Shown here: positions 22,289 to 30,021 of the stretch, in pieces
Numbering within the stretch: the stretch's first letter is position 1
Layout: the number at the start of each line of letters is the position of its first letter
NCBI GenBank assembly: GCA_025594325.1
Contig: JANHCV010000013.1
Coordinates: 434,001-498,000 of the forward strand
Origin: Blastocladiella emersonii ATCC 22665
Lineage: Eukaryota > Fungi > Blastocladiomycota
DNA: 64,000 bases
Direction of reading: 5' to 3'
Made by a program: the position numbers and the translations under genes
The notes under the pieces: model-generated
Told to the model about the DNA's origin: nothing
What the model saw: only the letters and a program-made list of their open reading frames with translations
Database searches by the model: none

Positions 22289-22326
22289 GGTGGTTACTGT
22301 ATGAAGCGAAAATAAACCCTGGGCAA

Positions 22327-22469
22327 GGTACACTTTGCACCTGTCTGTGGTACACTTTGCACCGTCAAGGGTACACTTTGCACCTGTCTGTGGTACACTT
22401 TGTACCGTCAAGGGTACACTTTGCACCTGTCTGTGGTACACTTTGTACCGTCAAGGGTACACTTTGTAC
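22327..22469. repeat. 7 copies of GGTACACTTTGYAC with alternating 22/21-bp spacing (43-bp higher-order unit)
   Basis: Copies at 22327, 22349, 22370, 22392, 22413, 22435 and 22456; linkers alternate CTGTCTGT and CGTCAAG. Confidence 0.93.
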
Positions 22470-22680
22470 GTTGTGCATTGCGCTTGGCGTTGAGTGCCTT
22501 GTAGATGCGGATCTTGACGCGCTCTGCCCGTGCTGCCTCACTGTCAACGTGGACAAAGCGACTGGCCTTGCAGTCCCTCTTCTGTAGCCACTTGGCCTTG
22601 TCCTTGTCGCTCTTGTTGTACCAGTTGGATGGCACAGGGAACGTCCCTGCAAGGTGTTCACGCCACTCATCAAGGGACAT
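22408..22680 (-). CDS. Small basic viral hypothetical protein (about 90 aa)
   Basis: MSLDEWREHL…KAKWLQKR…RIYKALNAKR; the C-terminus runs into the repeat array; start codon uncertain. Confidence 0.45.
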   Translation of the reverse strand: MSLDEWREHLAGTFPVPSNWYNKSDKDKAKWLQKRDCKASRFVHVDSEAARAERVKIRIYKALNAKRNAQRTKCTLDGTKCTTDRCKVYP

Positions 22681-22723
22681 GTCCTGGTACTCTGAGCAAT
22701 TCATTTCTTGCACTAAGTTAAAC

Positions 22724-24580
22724 ATGGTCAAGAATATATTCAACGTGTCTACCAACGTGTCACCAACAGTGTCGGCCACAGGTGTCTCAGACGTGTCCAA
22801 GGCATATGTTGATGCTGCCATCAGTGCTGTCTATGCCACAGTTGGTGCACCTGTCGCTGGGCCTGGACTCAGCGTGTCAGGGACAACTGTCTCTGCCAAG
22901 GTCAATGACCAGACACTGGGTGTTGGTCCAAGCGGTCTCTATGTCAAGTCAATCAGTACGGCCCAGCTCCTGCCAGCCAGCGTCACAGCAGACAAGCTTG
23001 TGAGTGTCACAGCTGCACAGGTCACAGGTAAGCTTGTTGATGCACAGCTGGACACTGTGTCAGCATCCAAGGTCACTGGTGTGCTCAGTGCGTCCAGCCT
23101 TCCTGTGCTTGGGACAGCGTCCATTGCAGATGGCTCTGTGACAGACGCCAAGGTTGCCTCAGTGTCTGGGTCCAAGCTGGTTCCAGGAAGTGTCTCAACA
23201 CCTGCTCTTGCAGACGCCTCAGTGACAGACGCCAAGGTTGCGTCTGTGTCCGGGTCCAAGCTGGTTCCAGGGACTGTCAGCACAGCAGCACTTGCAGACA
23301 CCGCAATAACAGATGTCAAGGTTGCCTCAGTGTCTGGGTCCAAGCTGGTTCCAGGGACTGTCAGCACAGCTGCCCTTGCAGACGCTGCTGTCACCAACGC
23401 CAAGCTGGCCACTGGTATAGACGGTGCAAAGCTCAACGTGTCATCTGTGGGAACAGCACACCTTGCAGCAGGGTCAGTCACCAATGCCAAGGTCACAGAT
23501 GTGTCTGCCACCAGGCTGACAGGGACGCTTGATCCTGCACGCATTGCAGACAGTTCACTGACCAATGCCAAGCTGGCCACTGGGATAGACGCTGCCAAGT
23601 TGTCTGGGACCATTGACCTTGCACGACTGCCTGACGTGTCCAGCAAGGTGTCAAGTGTCAACGGAGCCATTGTCACTGGGACGCTCCCCCAGTCCACCCT
23701 TGGACTTGGCAGTGTCTTTACCTTTGCCAGTACTGTGGACAGCACATCAACGTCCACTGGGGCAGTCACTGTGGCAGGTGGCCTTGGTGTGGGCAAGCAG
23801 CTCACTGTGCCAAACGTCCTTGTCCGGAACACAGTCAGTGCAAATGTGGTCTTTGACTCTGCTGCCAACACACTCACATACATTGACTTCAAGCAAGCAG
23901 GTGTCCTGAAGAGCAACCTGGCATGCACTGCACTGGGCACCATTGAGATTGCTTCAGCAACCAATGGTGGTGTGTCCTTGGCTGCAGGTGGCGGCAACGT
24001 GGTTGTGGGCTCGGCGACGCTTGGCACAGAAAAGCTCCGTGTCAATGGCACTGGTCGCTTCACAGGGCAGCTCACCCTTGACCTCGCTCCAGTGGCAGGC
24101 ACTGACGCAGCAAACAAGGCGTACGTTGACTCGCGGTCTGGCATGACCCGGTACGTCGCTCAGGCTGAGCACCGCTCTACAAACGGAGTGACCACAGGTG
24201 GCAAGATCATTGGCAGCACAGCATCGACGGGCCCGGCCACCTTTGCGTTCCAGTCCACGGCAGGCGCGTTCACGTCTGTGATCAATGGATGTGTCAAACC
24301 CCCTGTCAGTGGCTACTACCTCGTCCATGCAAAGGGCTATTACGCAAACGGCACGCTCCCTGGAGCCCACACTGTGAACTTTGCGCTGTACAATATGACG
24401 GACATGATTGCAGTGTCACTTGTCACCGGGTGCCGCGCTGAAGGCAACGTCCAGTTCCTTCAGTTCTTGAGCATTGAGTACCTTGACGCGGCCAAGAGCT
24501 ACTCTTTCATCTGGATCCCGTCGGTCGCAGTTGCCAACAACTGCCAGGTCATCATTCAAAGCCACTGGACCCTGCTCTAA
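22724..24580 (+). CDS. Fibre/spike-like virion protein (about 618 aa) with phage-tail-fibre-type repeats and a putative C1q/TNF-like head
   Basis: 28-aa repeats ADASVTDAKVASVSGSKLVPG.VST.AL (84-bp DNA period), VTNAKLATGID.AKL, DAANKAYVD and C-terminal PVSGYYLV. Start MVKNIFNV at 22724. Confidence 0.75.
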   Translation: MVKNIFNVSTNVSPTVSATGVSDVSKAYVDAAISAVYATVGAPVAGPGLSVSGTTVSAKVNDQTLGVGPSGLYVKSISTAQLLPASVTADKLVSVTAAQVTGKLVDAQLDTVSASKVTGVLSASSLPVLGTASIADGSVTDAKVASVSGSKLVPGSVSTPALADASVTDAKVASVSGSKLVPGTVSTAALADTAITDVKVASVSGSKLVPGTVSTAALADAAVTNAKLATGIDGAKLNVSSVGTAHLAAGSVTNAKVTDVSATRLTGTLDPARIADSSLTNAKLATGIDAAKLSGTIDLARLPDVSSKVSSVNGAIVTGTLPQSTLGLGSVFTFASTVDSTSTSTGAVTVAGGLGVGKQLTVPNVLVRNTVSANVVFDSAANTLTYIDFKQAGVLKSNLACTALGTIEIASATNGGVSLAAGGGNVVVGSATLGTEKLRVNGTGRFTGQLTLDLAPVAGTDAANKAYVDSRSGMTRYVAQAEHRSTNGVTTGGKIIGSTASTGPATFAFQSTAGAFTSVINGCVKPPVSGYYLVHAKGYYANGTLPGAHTVNFALYNMTDMIAVSLVTGCRAEGNVQFLQFLSIEYLDAAKSYSFIWIPSVAVANNCQVIIQSHWTLL

Positions 24581-25689
24581 AGCCCGCGGTCCCACTTTTC
24601 TTGGACTCGGACTGGGACGCGCCTGACCTGGGTCGAGGGCTCCCTTGGCATGACCGGGGTGCGCGCAGCAGGGAGCCTTGGGAGACTTGGACCTACGCGC
24701 TGCCTTGTTGGCGGGTCCTGGGTCGCTGTGACTGGCTGGACGTCGCTGCGTGGATAGAAGCCCTTCAAGTCACCAACCTTGTACAATGGGTTGCTCACAC
24801 TAGAGCCCTTGCGGACAGCTGTGACTTGGTGCACTGTGGACGTCCATACTGGCTTTCCCTTTGCTTCCATGGCTGTCTTGTACGGCTCACGGACACGTAC
24901 CTGTGTTCCAACTTTGAGCAGCGCACTGAGTGGGTCACCCTCTGGCTTGCCCTTGGCAGCACGGATGGCCTTGAGTGTGTCCTTGGCAGCGTCTTGCGGC
25001 ATGTCATGGAAGTCATTGGGCGCCTTGCCTGTAGCTCTGGACTTGCTGCTGTTGATCACGGACTCTATGGTCTCAAGGTGCTTTGGCCAGTTGTTGTTGC
25101 CTTCAATGGACAGCCACGGTGTCAGCATCCTGCAAATGGTCCCGTTCATACGCTCAACTACTCCCTGACTGTATGGCACACCTGCCTTGCCTTTGATGTG
25201 CTTTGCGCCTGTCCCCGCTTCAATGCCATTGAACTCTGTGCCATTGTCTGTCTGGATGGTTGCTGGTGTCAGGTTGTGCTTGGAGACAACGTCGTCCCAT
25301 GCCTGCCGTGTCAGGTCCTTGGTCTTGACTGGACGCAGGAACACGCGTCGAGTTGCCAAGTCTACACAGGTAAGAATGTACCTGAACCCGTTGAAGGTAC
25401 CTTTCTTGCCCATGTCTATGAGGTCCAGCTGCCAGTTGCAGCCAGGACTGGTGGACACAATGCTTTGGATGTTGCGCCGCTTCTGTGGTGCACACTTGTA
25501 CTGCTGCCACACAGACTGCTCATTGAGCCACCTCTCCAGCTGTGCGCGGTACACGTGGTCACCAGTGTTCTCTCTGGACACAATGTCAAAGAGCCAACAG
25601 ATACCAACACCAACATTGCCGCGCTTGTAGTACAAGTCTGTCAGGAACGCTTGCTGTGCGTCTGTGAGTGGTGCTTTGTGTGGATACAT
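24577..25689 (-). CDS. Retroviral-like (rve, DDE) integrase of Polinton type
   Basis: WQLDLIDM…LTCVDLATR, IQTDNGTEF and PYSQGVVERMN give a D-D-E triad. Polinton-type C-terminus VGTQVRV…KGKPVWT…YKV.D.KGFYPRSDVQPV. Its stop overlaps the fibre stop (CTAA). Confidence 0.93.
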   Translation of the reverse strand: MYPHKAPLTDAQQAFLTDLYYKRGNVGVGICWLFDIVSRENTGDHVYRAQLERWLNEQSVWQQYKCAPQKRRNIQSIVSTSPGCNWQLDLIDMGKKGTFNGFRYILTCVDLATRRVFLRPVKTKDLTRQAWDDVVSKHNLTPATIQTDNGTEFNGIEAGTGAKHIKGKAGVPYSQGVVERMNGTICRMLTPWLSIEGNNNWPKHLETIESVINSSKSRATGKAPNDFHDMPQDAAKDTLKAIRAAKGKPEGDPLSALLKVGTQVRVREPYKTAMEAKGKPVWTSTVHQVTAVRKGSSVSNPLYKVGDLKGFYPRSDVQPVTATQDPPTRQRVGPSLPRLPAARTPVMPREPSTQVRRVPVRVQEKWDRGL

Positions 25690-25712
25690 TACATTACGGC
25701 AACAAAACAAGG

Positions 25713-26654
25713 TCAGACAAGGTAGTGGGCCACGGCGACAGGTACGCTGTGACCCATCTCAGCAGCACGCTTGGCCACGGCCTCATACGCGTCCTTGTTC
25801 TCACTGGTGCTGATGCGGCGGATCTGCTGGACACCGCACCCCTTGAAGCCAACGTCCTGTGCTGCCAGCGCAATGGTCTTGGACCAGTCTTTGCGGACCT
25901 TGGCGTTGACCTGAGCATCACAGACGTTGTCCAGGCTGTGGTTGTAGAAGACCAGGTCATGGCCATCAGCAAGACGCTTGGCAATGATGCGCTCAAGGGC
26001 TGCAGCAACCTTGGGGTCAGCAATGACATGCGAGAACCCGTAGCCACGGCCATCTGTCTTGACGCACACAGGGCCGGCCAGCGTCTTGGTCTCGGGGTTG
26101 TAGCTTGGGTACTTGTCACTGGGCTTGGTGGTCAGGAACGCAAGGTCACTGCGGGTTGCACAGACGACTTGGAGGTACAGACGCAGAGCACGCATTGTGC
26201 CAGACACCTGGTATGTGTCCCAGTTCTCAGCAGCAACAACAGCAGCCAGCAAGTCTTCACGGCTTGGGAGTGCACCAGTCTCCACAGCCTTGCGCGCGTC
26301 AAGGTGAGCTTCAGCGTCCTGCTTCTTGGCCTGCGTGTACTGTGCAGCAAGGTTGTTGTTGCCATTCCACTTGCAGTACTTGGCCAGCGCCTTGAGCGTC
26401 TCAACCTGCAGACCCTGTGCCTTGTCTGTGCCCTTGGTTGCACGGTACGTCTCCACAGCCTTTGTCATACTGTTGACGTCCTCAATGGCCAGCCCCGACT
26501 TGCAGAACGCAGTCAGCACGCAACACAGCTTGGACTGGTCATCGGCACTGAGCTGGGACACTTGGCCGTACTTGTTCACCACAGGCTCACTGGCACACGC
26601 CTTGATGGATTCCTCGGTCATCTGCGCGTACTTGACCTGGGGATCAGTGTCCAT
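25713..26654 (-). CDS. Tyrosine recombinase-like protein (about 313 aa)
   Basis: Putative catalytic set: R (ATRSDL), K (CVKTDG), QQIRR at the HxxR position, and terminal MGHS…AHY. The ORF stays open upstream to a GTG at 26714. Confidence 0.72.
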   Translation of the reverse strand: MDTDPQVKYAQMTEESIKACASEPVVNKYGQVSQLSADDQSKLCCVLTAFCKSGLAIEDVNSMTKAVETYRATKGTDKAQGLQVETLKALAKYCKWNGNNNLAAQYTQAKKQDAEAHLDARKAVETGALPSREDLLAAVVAAENWDTYQVSGTMRALRLYLQVVCATRSDLAFLTTKPSDKYPSYNPETKTLAGPVCVKTDGRGYGFSHVIADPKVAAALERIIAKRLADGHDLVFYNHSLDNVCDAQVNAKVRKDWSKTIALAAQDVGFKGCGVQQIRRISTSENKDAYEAVAKRAAEMGHSVPVAVAHYLV

Positions 26655-26984
26655 GGGCTCGCCAGACTCGTTGGCGGGGGTGTCATCGGAACTGTGATTG
26701 CAGTCACGTGACACTGCAGCCAGCGCGGCGAGGCTGGTCTCGATTTGCCGTCACACAGCCTTTGGCTGGCACCGGCGCAGGGCTTTGCCCTCTCGCCCTT
26801 GCCCAGACTTGCGCCGCGCACGCTCTCGCACTCCCTGACCAAATCGTGCAACTCGCCCGCCTCCCAGCATGCATGCGGACGCTTGCCGACCCTGCGCTCC
26901 GGGCACGGTGATGTTCAGGTTGCGCATGATGGCGAGGTCGATGAAAAATTTTTTTTTAAGGCGGCCAGCGTCGCTTCGTCGAGT

Positions 26985-27850
26985 TGATTATCAGCGCCGC
27001 TTTGTTGGGTTGAAGTTCAACGTCGCCTTGTTGTGTTGATGACCAGCGTCGATTGATGACCAGCGTCGACTTGTCGGGTCAATGATCAGCGCCGCCTTGT
27101 TGGGTTGACAATGAGCATCGCCTTGTTGCGTTGATGTCCAGCGTTGCCTTGTTCAGTTGGAGTTCAGCGTCGTCTTGTTGCGTTGAAGTTCAGCGTCGCC
27201 TTGTTGCATCAAAGCTCAGCGTCACCTCGTTGCGTTGACGACCAGCGTTGTTGCATTGACAACCAGCGTCACCTCGTTGCATTGTGATCAGCGTCGCCTT
27301 GTTGGGTCGTGATCAACGTCGCCTTGTTGCATTAATGATCAGCGTCAGCTCGTTGTGTCAATGACTAGCGTCGCCTTGTTGCGTTGATGGCGAGCGTCGC
27401 CTTGTTGCGTCAATGACCAGCGTCGCCTTGTTGCGTTGATGACCAGCGTCGCCTTGTTGCGTCAATGACCAGCGTCACCTTGTTGCGTCGATGACCAGCG
27501 TCACCTCGTTGTGTCAATGACAAGCGCTGCTTTGGTGAGTTGTTGGTCAGCGTCGCCTCGTTGAGTTCAAGTCCAACGCGTCTTTGTTGAGTTCGTGATC
27601 AGCAGCGCCTCGTTGCGTCAATGACCAGCGTCGCCTCATTGCGTTGCGTTGATGATCAGCGTTGCCTTATTGGGTTGACAATCAGCGCTGCGTTGTGTCT
27701 ACGACCAGCGTCACCTTGTTGAGTTTGTAATCAGCGTCGCCTTGTTGAGTTCGTAATCAGCGTCGCCTTGTTGCGTTCATGATCAGCGTTGCCTCGTTGC
27801 TTTCATGATCAGCGTTGCCTCGTTGCATTGATTGCCAGCGTCGCCTCGTT
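26985..27850. repeat. About 33 degenerate copies of a 26-bp tandem repeat, consensus CAGCGTCGCCTTGTTGCGTTGATGAC
   Basis: Period 26 is clear at 27421/27447/27473; no ORF of 60 aa or more lies in 26988-28053. Confidence 0.92.
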
Positions 27851-28476
27851 CCATTGCTGAGCGACGCCGCGCCACGCAACACTGATTGAAGAAGAGATGA
27901 TGATCGAGTGCTGCGCTTGAGAGTCGACAAACAAACGAGTTGAGTTAGCTCAGACTACGCTGAATTCGTCATAGCAAAACTATTGCGTTCCTGTCAAGAT
28001 TCTGCCCCAACATATGGTTGCTCATCTCTATTGCGACACGATCAAGGCAAGGATCAGGGGCTGCGACTCAACTCAGCCGCGCTGCTGCTGCTGTTGCCGC
28101 ATAACATGCTGCGCAGAGCGACAGTGACAAGGTAACACGTAAGGTGAACCGCCAACTTGGCGCGGATGCGGCTAAAGTCGCACAGCAACCAAGAAACGTC
28201 ATTGACACATGAAGAAGCAACAACAGAGTACATATTTGTTGCGGGTTGACTTTGATTCAGCGAGGGCGCGCGAGGGAGAAAGGGCGAGGGGACGCGTTCA
28301 GCCACTCACGTGACATGATGAGGCAAGCCCAAATGTGACAATCAACGCCAGACCCGGTGGCGGAGCAGGTGGTGGAGGCACGGTTGCAGATGCGGTAGGC
28401 GGAGGTGCAGGACCAGAAGGCGAAAGCGACCTGGGTGCGACTGTTGAGGACAAGGTGTTTGAAGTAAGTGCAGCGC

Positions 28477-28842
28477 TTACGTGCGCGTTGAACGGCGGCA
28501 CGCGTGTTGAAAGTTCAGCGCGGTCGTTGGATCGTTGTTGATGAGGGCGAGGCGGAGAGCTGAGAGAGAGGACGGGTCGCGCAGATCTGCGGCGGACAGC
28601 GACAGCGACGTGAGCAGTCCATGGTATGCATCAATCAGCTCATGGAGCTTCTTGCCGACAGGTTCAGGGGCGCGTGTATGAGCAGAATGCTGAGCGAGCC
28701 ATGCGGCAGCGTGTCAAGCGGCAGCAGCGCGGTGGCCGTGCGACGCGAAGGTGGCGTAGTTGCTCGAGTCGGGGCAAAGCCAGTCGACAAGGCGGTCACA
28801 CTCCTCCGCGGTCCACCTTGGCCGACTCTCGTGTTGCGGCAT
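28477..28842 (-). pseudogene. Myb/SANT-like DNA-binding protein with one in-frame stop
   Basis: MPQHESRPRWTAEECDRLVDWL…NY…AAAA*HAAAWL…R.PEPVGKKLHELIDAY; TGA at 28714-28716, and the same frame continues to TAA at 28477. Confidence 0.55.
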
Positions 28843-28933
28843 GTTACAGCCGCTCAAGTTTTCGTTTCGTGGAGGAGAAGTGGAGTGCGCAACGTCGCCT
28901 GAGCCAAAGTCGCGAGCAAGCCGCAAAACGCGT

Positions 28934-29182
28934 TCAGCCACAGTCACGTGACATGTATGACGTGATGAAACCAAGTGAAATCCGCCAAAAGCACGTGACA
29001 CAGACCGAGACTTTCGAAGGGGCCACCCAATATTTCAGGGCAAAGCCCTGCACTCCCTTGAACCGCTCATCAAAGGACGCCAGCAGCGGCTTGATACCAT
29101 CGAGCACTTGGTGCACTACGTTGGCGGTAACGTGCTGAGCAACAACCTTGGGCACCTGGGACACGAGCGCTTCGAGAGACAT
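28934..29182 (-). CDS. Small viral hypothetical protein (82 aa)
   Basis: MSLEALVSQVPKVV…; preceded by CTTCTTTTCTGGGGCTACGGTAAGATG, closely similar to the ATPase upstream motif. Confidence 0.55.
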   Translation of the reverse strand: MSLEALVSQVPKVVAQHVTANVVHQVLDGIKPLLASFDERFKGVQGFALKYWVAPSKVSVCVTCFWRISLGFITSYMSRDCG

Positions 29183-29271
29183 CTTACCGTAGCCCCAGAA
29201 AAGAAGGCGTCACTGACTCAAGTGCGTTTGGCGGTATCGTTAAATATATTGTGCGTCAATGGTAGGACACC

Positions 29272-29766
29272 ATGTACTACGACAGCGACAGCGACAGCCA
29301 TGTCCCCAACCCCCTTGATGAGTTCCTGCTTAGCATTGCTTACTGCAGAGGCAAGGTGGTTGACTTTGACAAGGTGAAGGCCTTGACCATGGACGCTGCA
29401 CGCAAGGCATGGCTGGGCAATGACAAGTCTCTGGCAGAGGCCATGAAGACGCTGCGTGTTGTTATTGCCCGTCTTGCAGTGTTGCAGCACGTCCAAGGGG
29501 CGCCTGTGAAGACACAGCAGCTGTACGACAGCACGTCAATGAAGCGGCTCCTGCCAGACATCCCCTTGAAGAAGGGTGCTCCCTCAATTGACTTTGACCA
29601 GCTTGCACAGGACTTTCCTCTGGACACGTCCGAGTGGGATGCCATCAAGGTAGAGTACCAAGACTGGCTCAAGAAGCAGTCTTCCAAGCGACTTGCCCGG
29701 CTGTGTGTGCGCCCAGAGCGGAAGCCCAAGAAGAAGGCTGAGAGCGACTCTGACCTGAGCAAGTGA
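29272..29766 (+). CDS. Viral hypothetical protein (164 aa) with basic NLS-like C-terminus
   Basis: Clean ORF with viral codon use; RPERKPKKK. Confidence 0.7.
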   Translation: MYYDSDSDSHVPNPLDEFLLSIAYCRGKVVDFDKVKALTMDAARKAWLGNDKSLAEAMKTLRVVIARLAVLQHVQGAPVKTQQLYDSTSMKRLLPDIPLKKGAPSIDFDQLAQDFPLDTSEWDAIKVEYQDWLKKQSSKRLARLCVRPERKPKKKAESDSDLSK

Positions 29767-29772
29767 ACACAC

Positions 29773-29920
29773 CAGGACGGGACAAGGACACAATGCACAG
29801 GACGGGACAAGGACACAATGCACAGGACGGGACAAGGACACAATGCACAGGACGGGACAAGGACACGATGCACAGGGCAGGCCAACCAGGACGGGACAAC
29901 GACACAGTGCACAGGACAGG
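29773..29920. repeat. 25-bp tandem repeat (CAGGACGGGACAAGGACACAATGCA), 4 copies plus a degenerate copy
   Basis: Copies at 29773, 29798, 29823 and 29848. Confidence 0.92.
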
Positions 29921-30021
29921 CCATGCCAACAAGGGCTCCCGGGGCACAGTCATTAACGCTAAATCCTGCGCGTTTAAACGCACCTGTCCTGTCACCCTTT
30001 CTGTTACCTCATCATAACAAC

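Noticed and set aside
26985-27850. CRISPR array
   Set aside because: Units are contiguous degenerate copies with no unique spacers; the host is eukaryotic and there are no cas genes. The same applies to the arrays at 150-368, 16238-16592 and 22327-22469.
26701-28953. Nested 2.2-kb insertion bounded by the direct repeat CAGTCACGTGACA, whose removal would fuse ORF 29182 in frame to the recombinase
   Set aside because: A 13-bp match built on a palindromic E-box is expected by chance or as a repeated promoter site. The 15-bp inverted match at 26777/29037 has no TSD. It is not excluded; a sister copy would test it.
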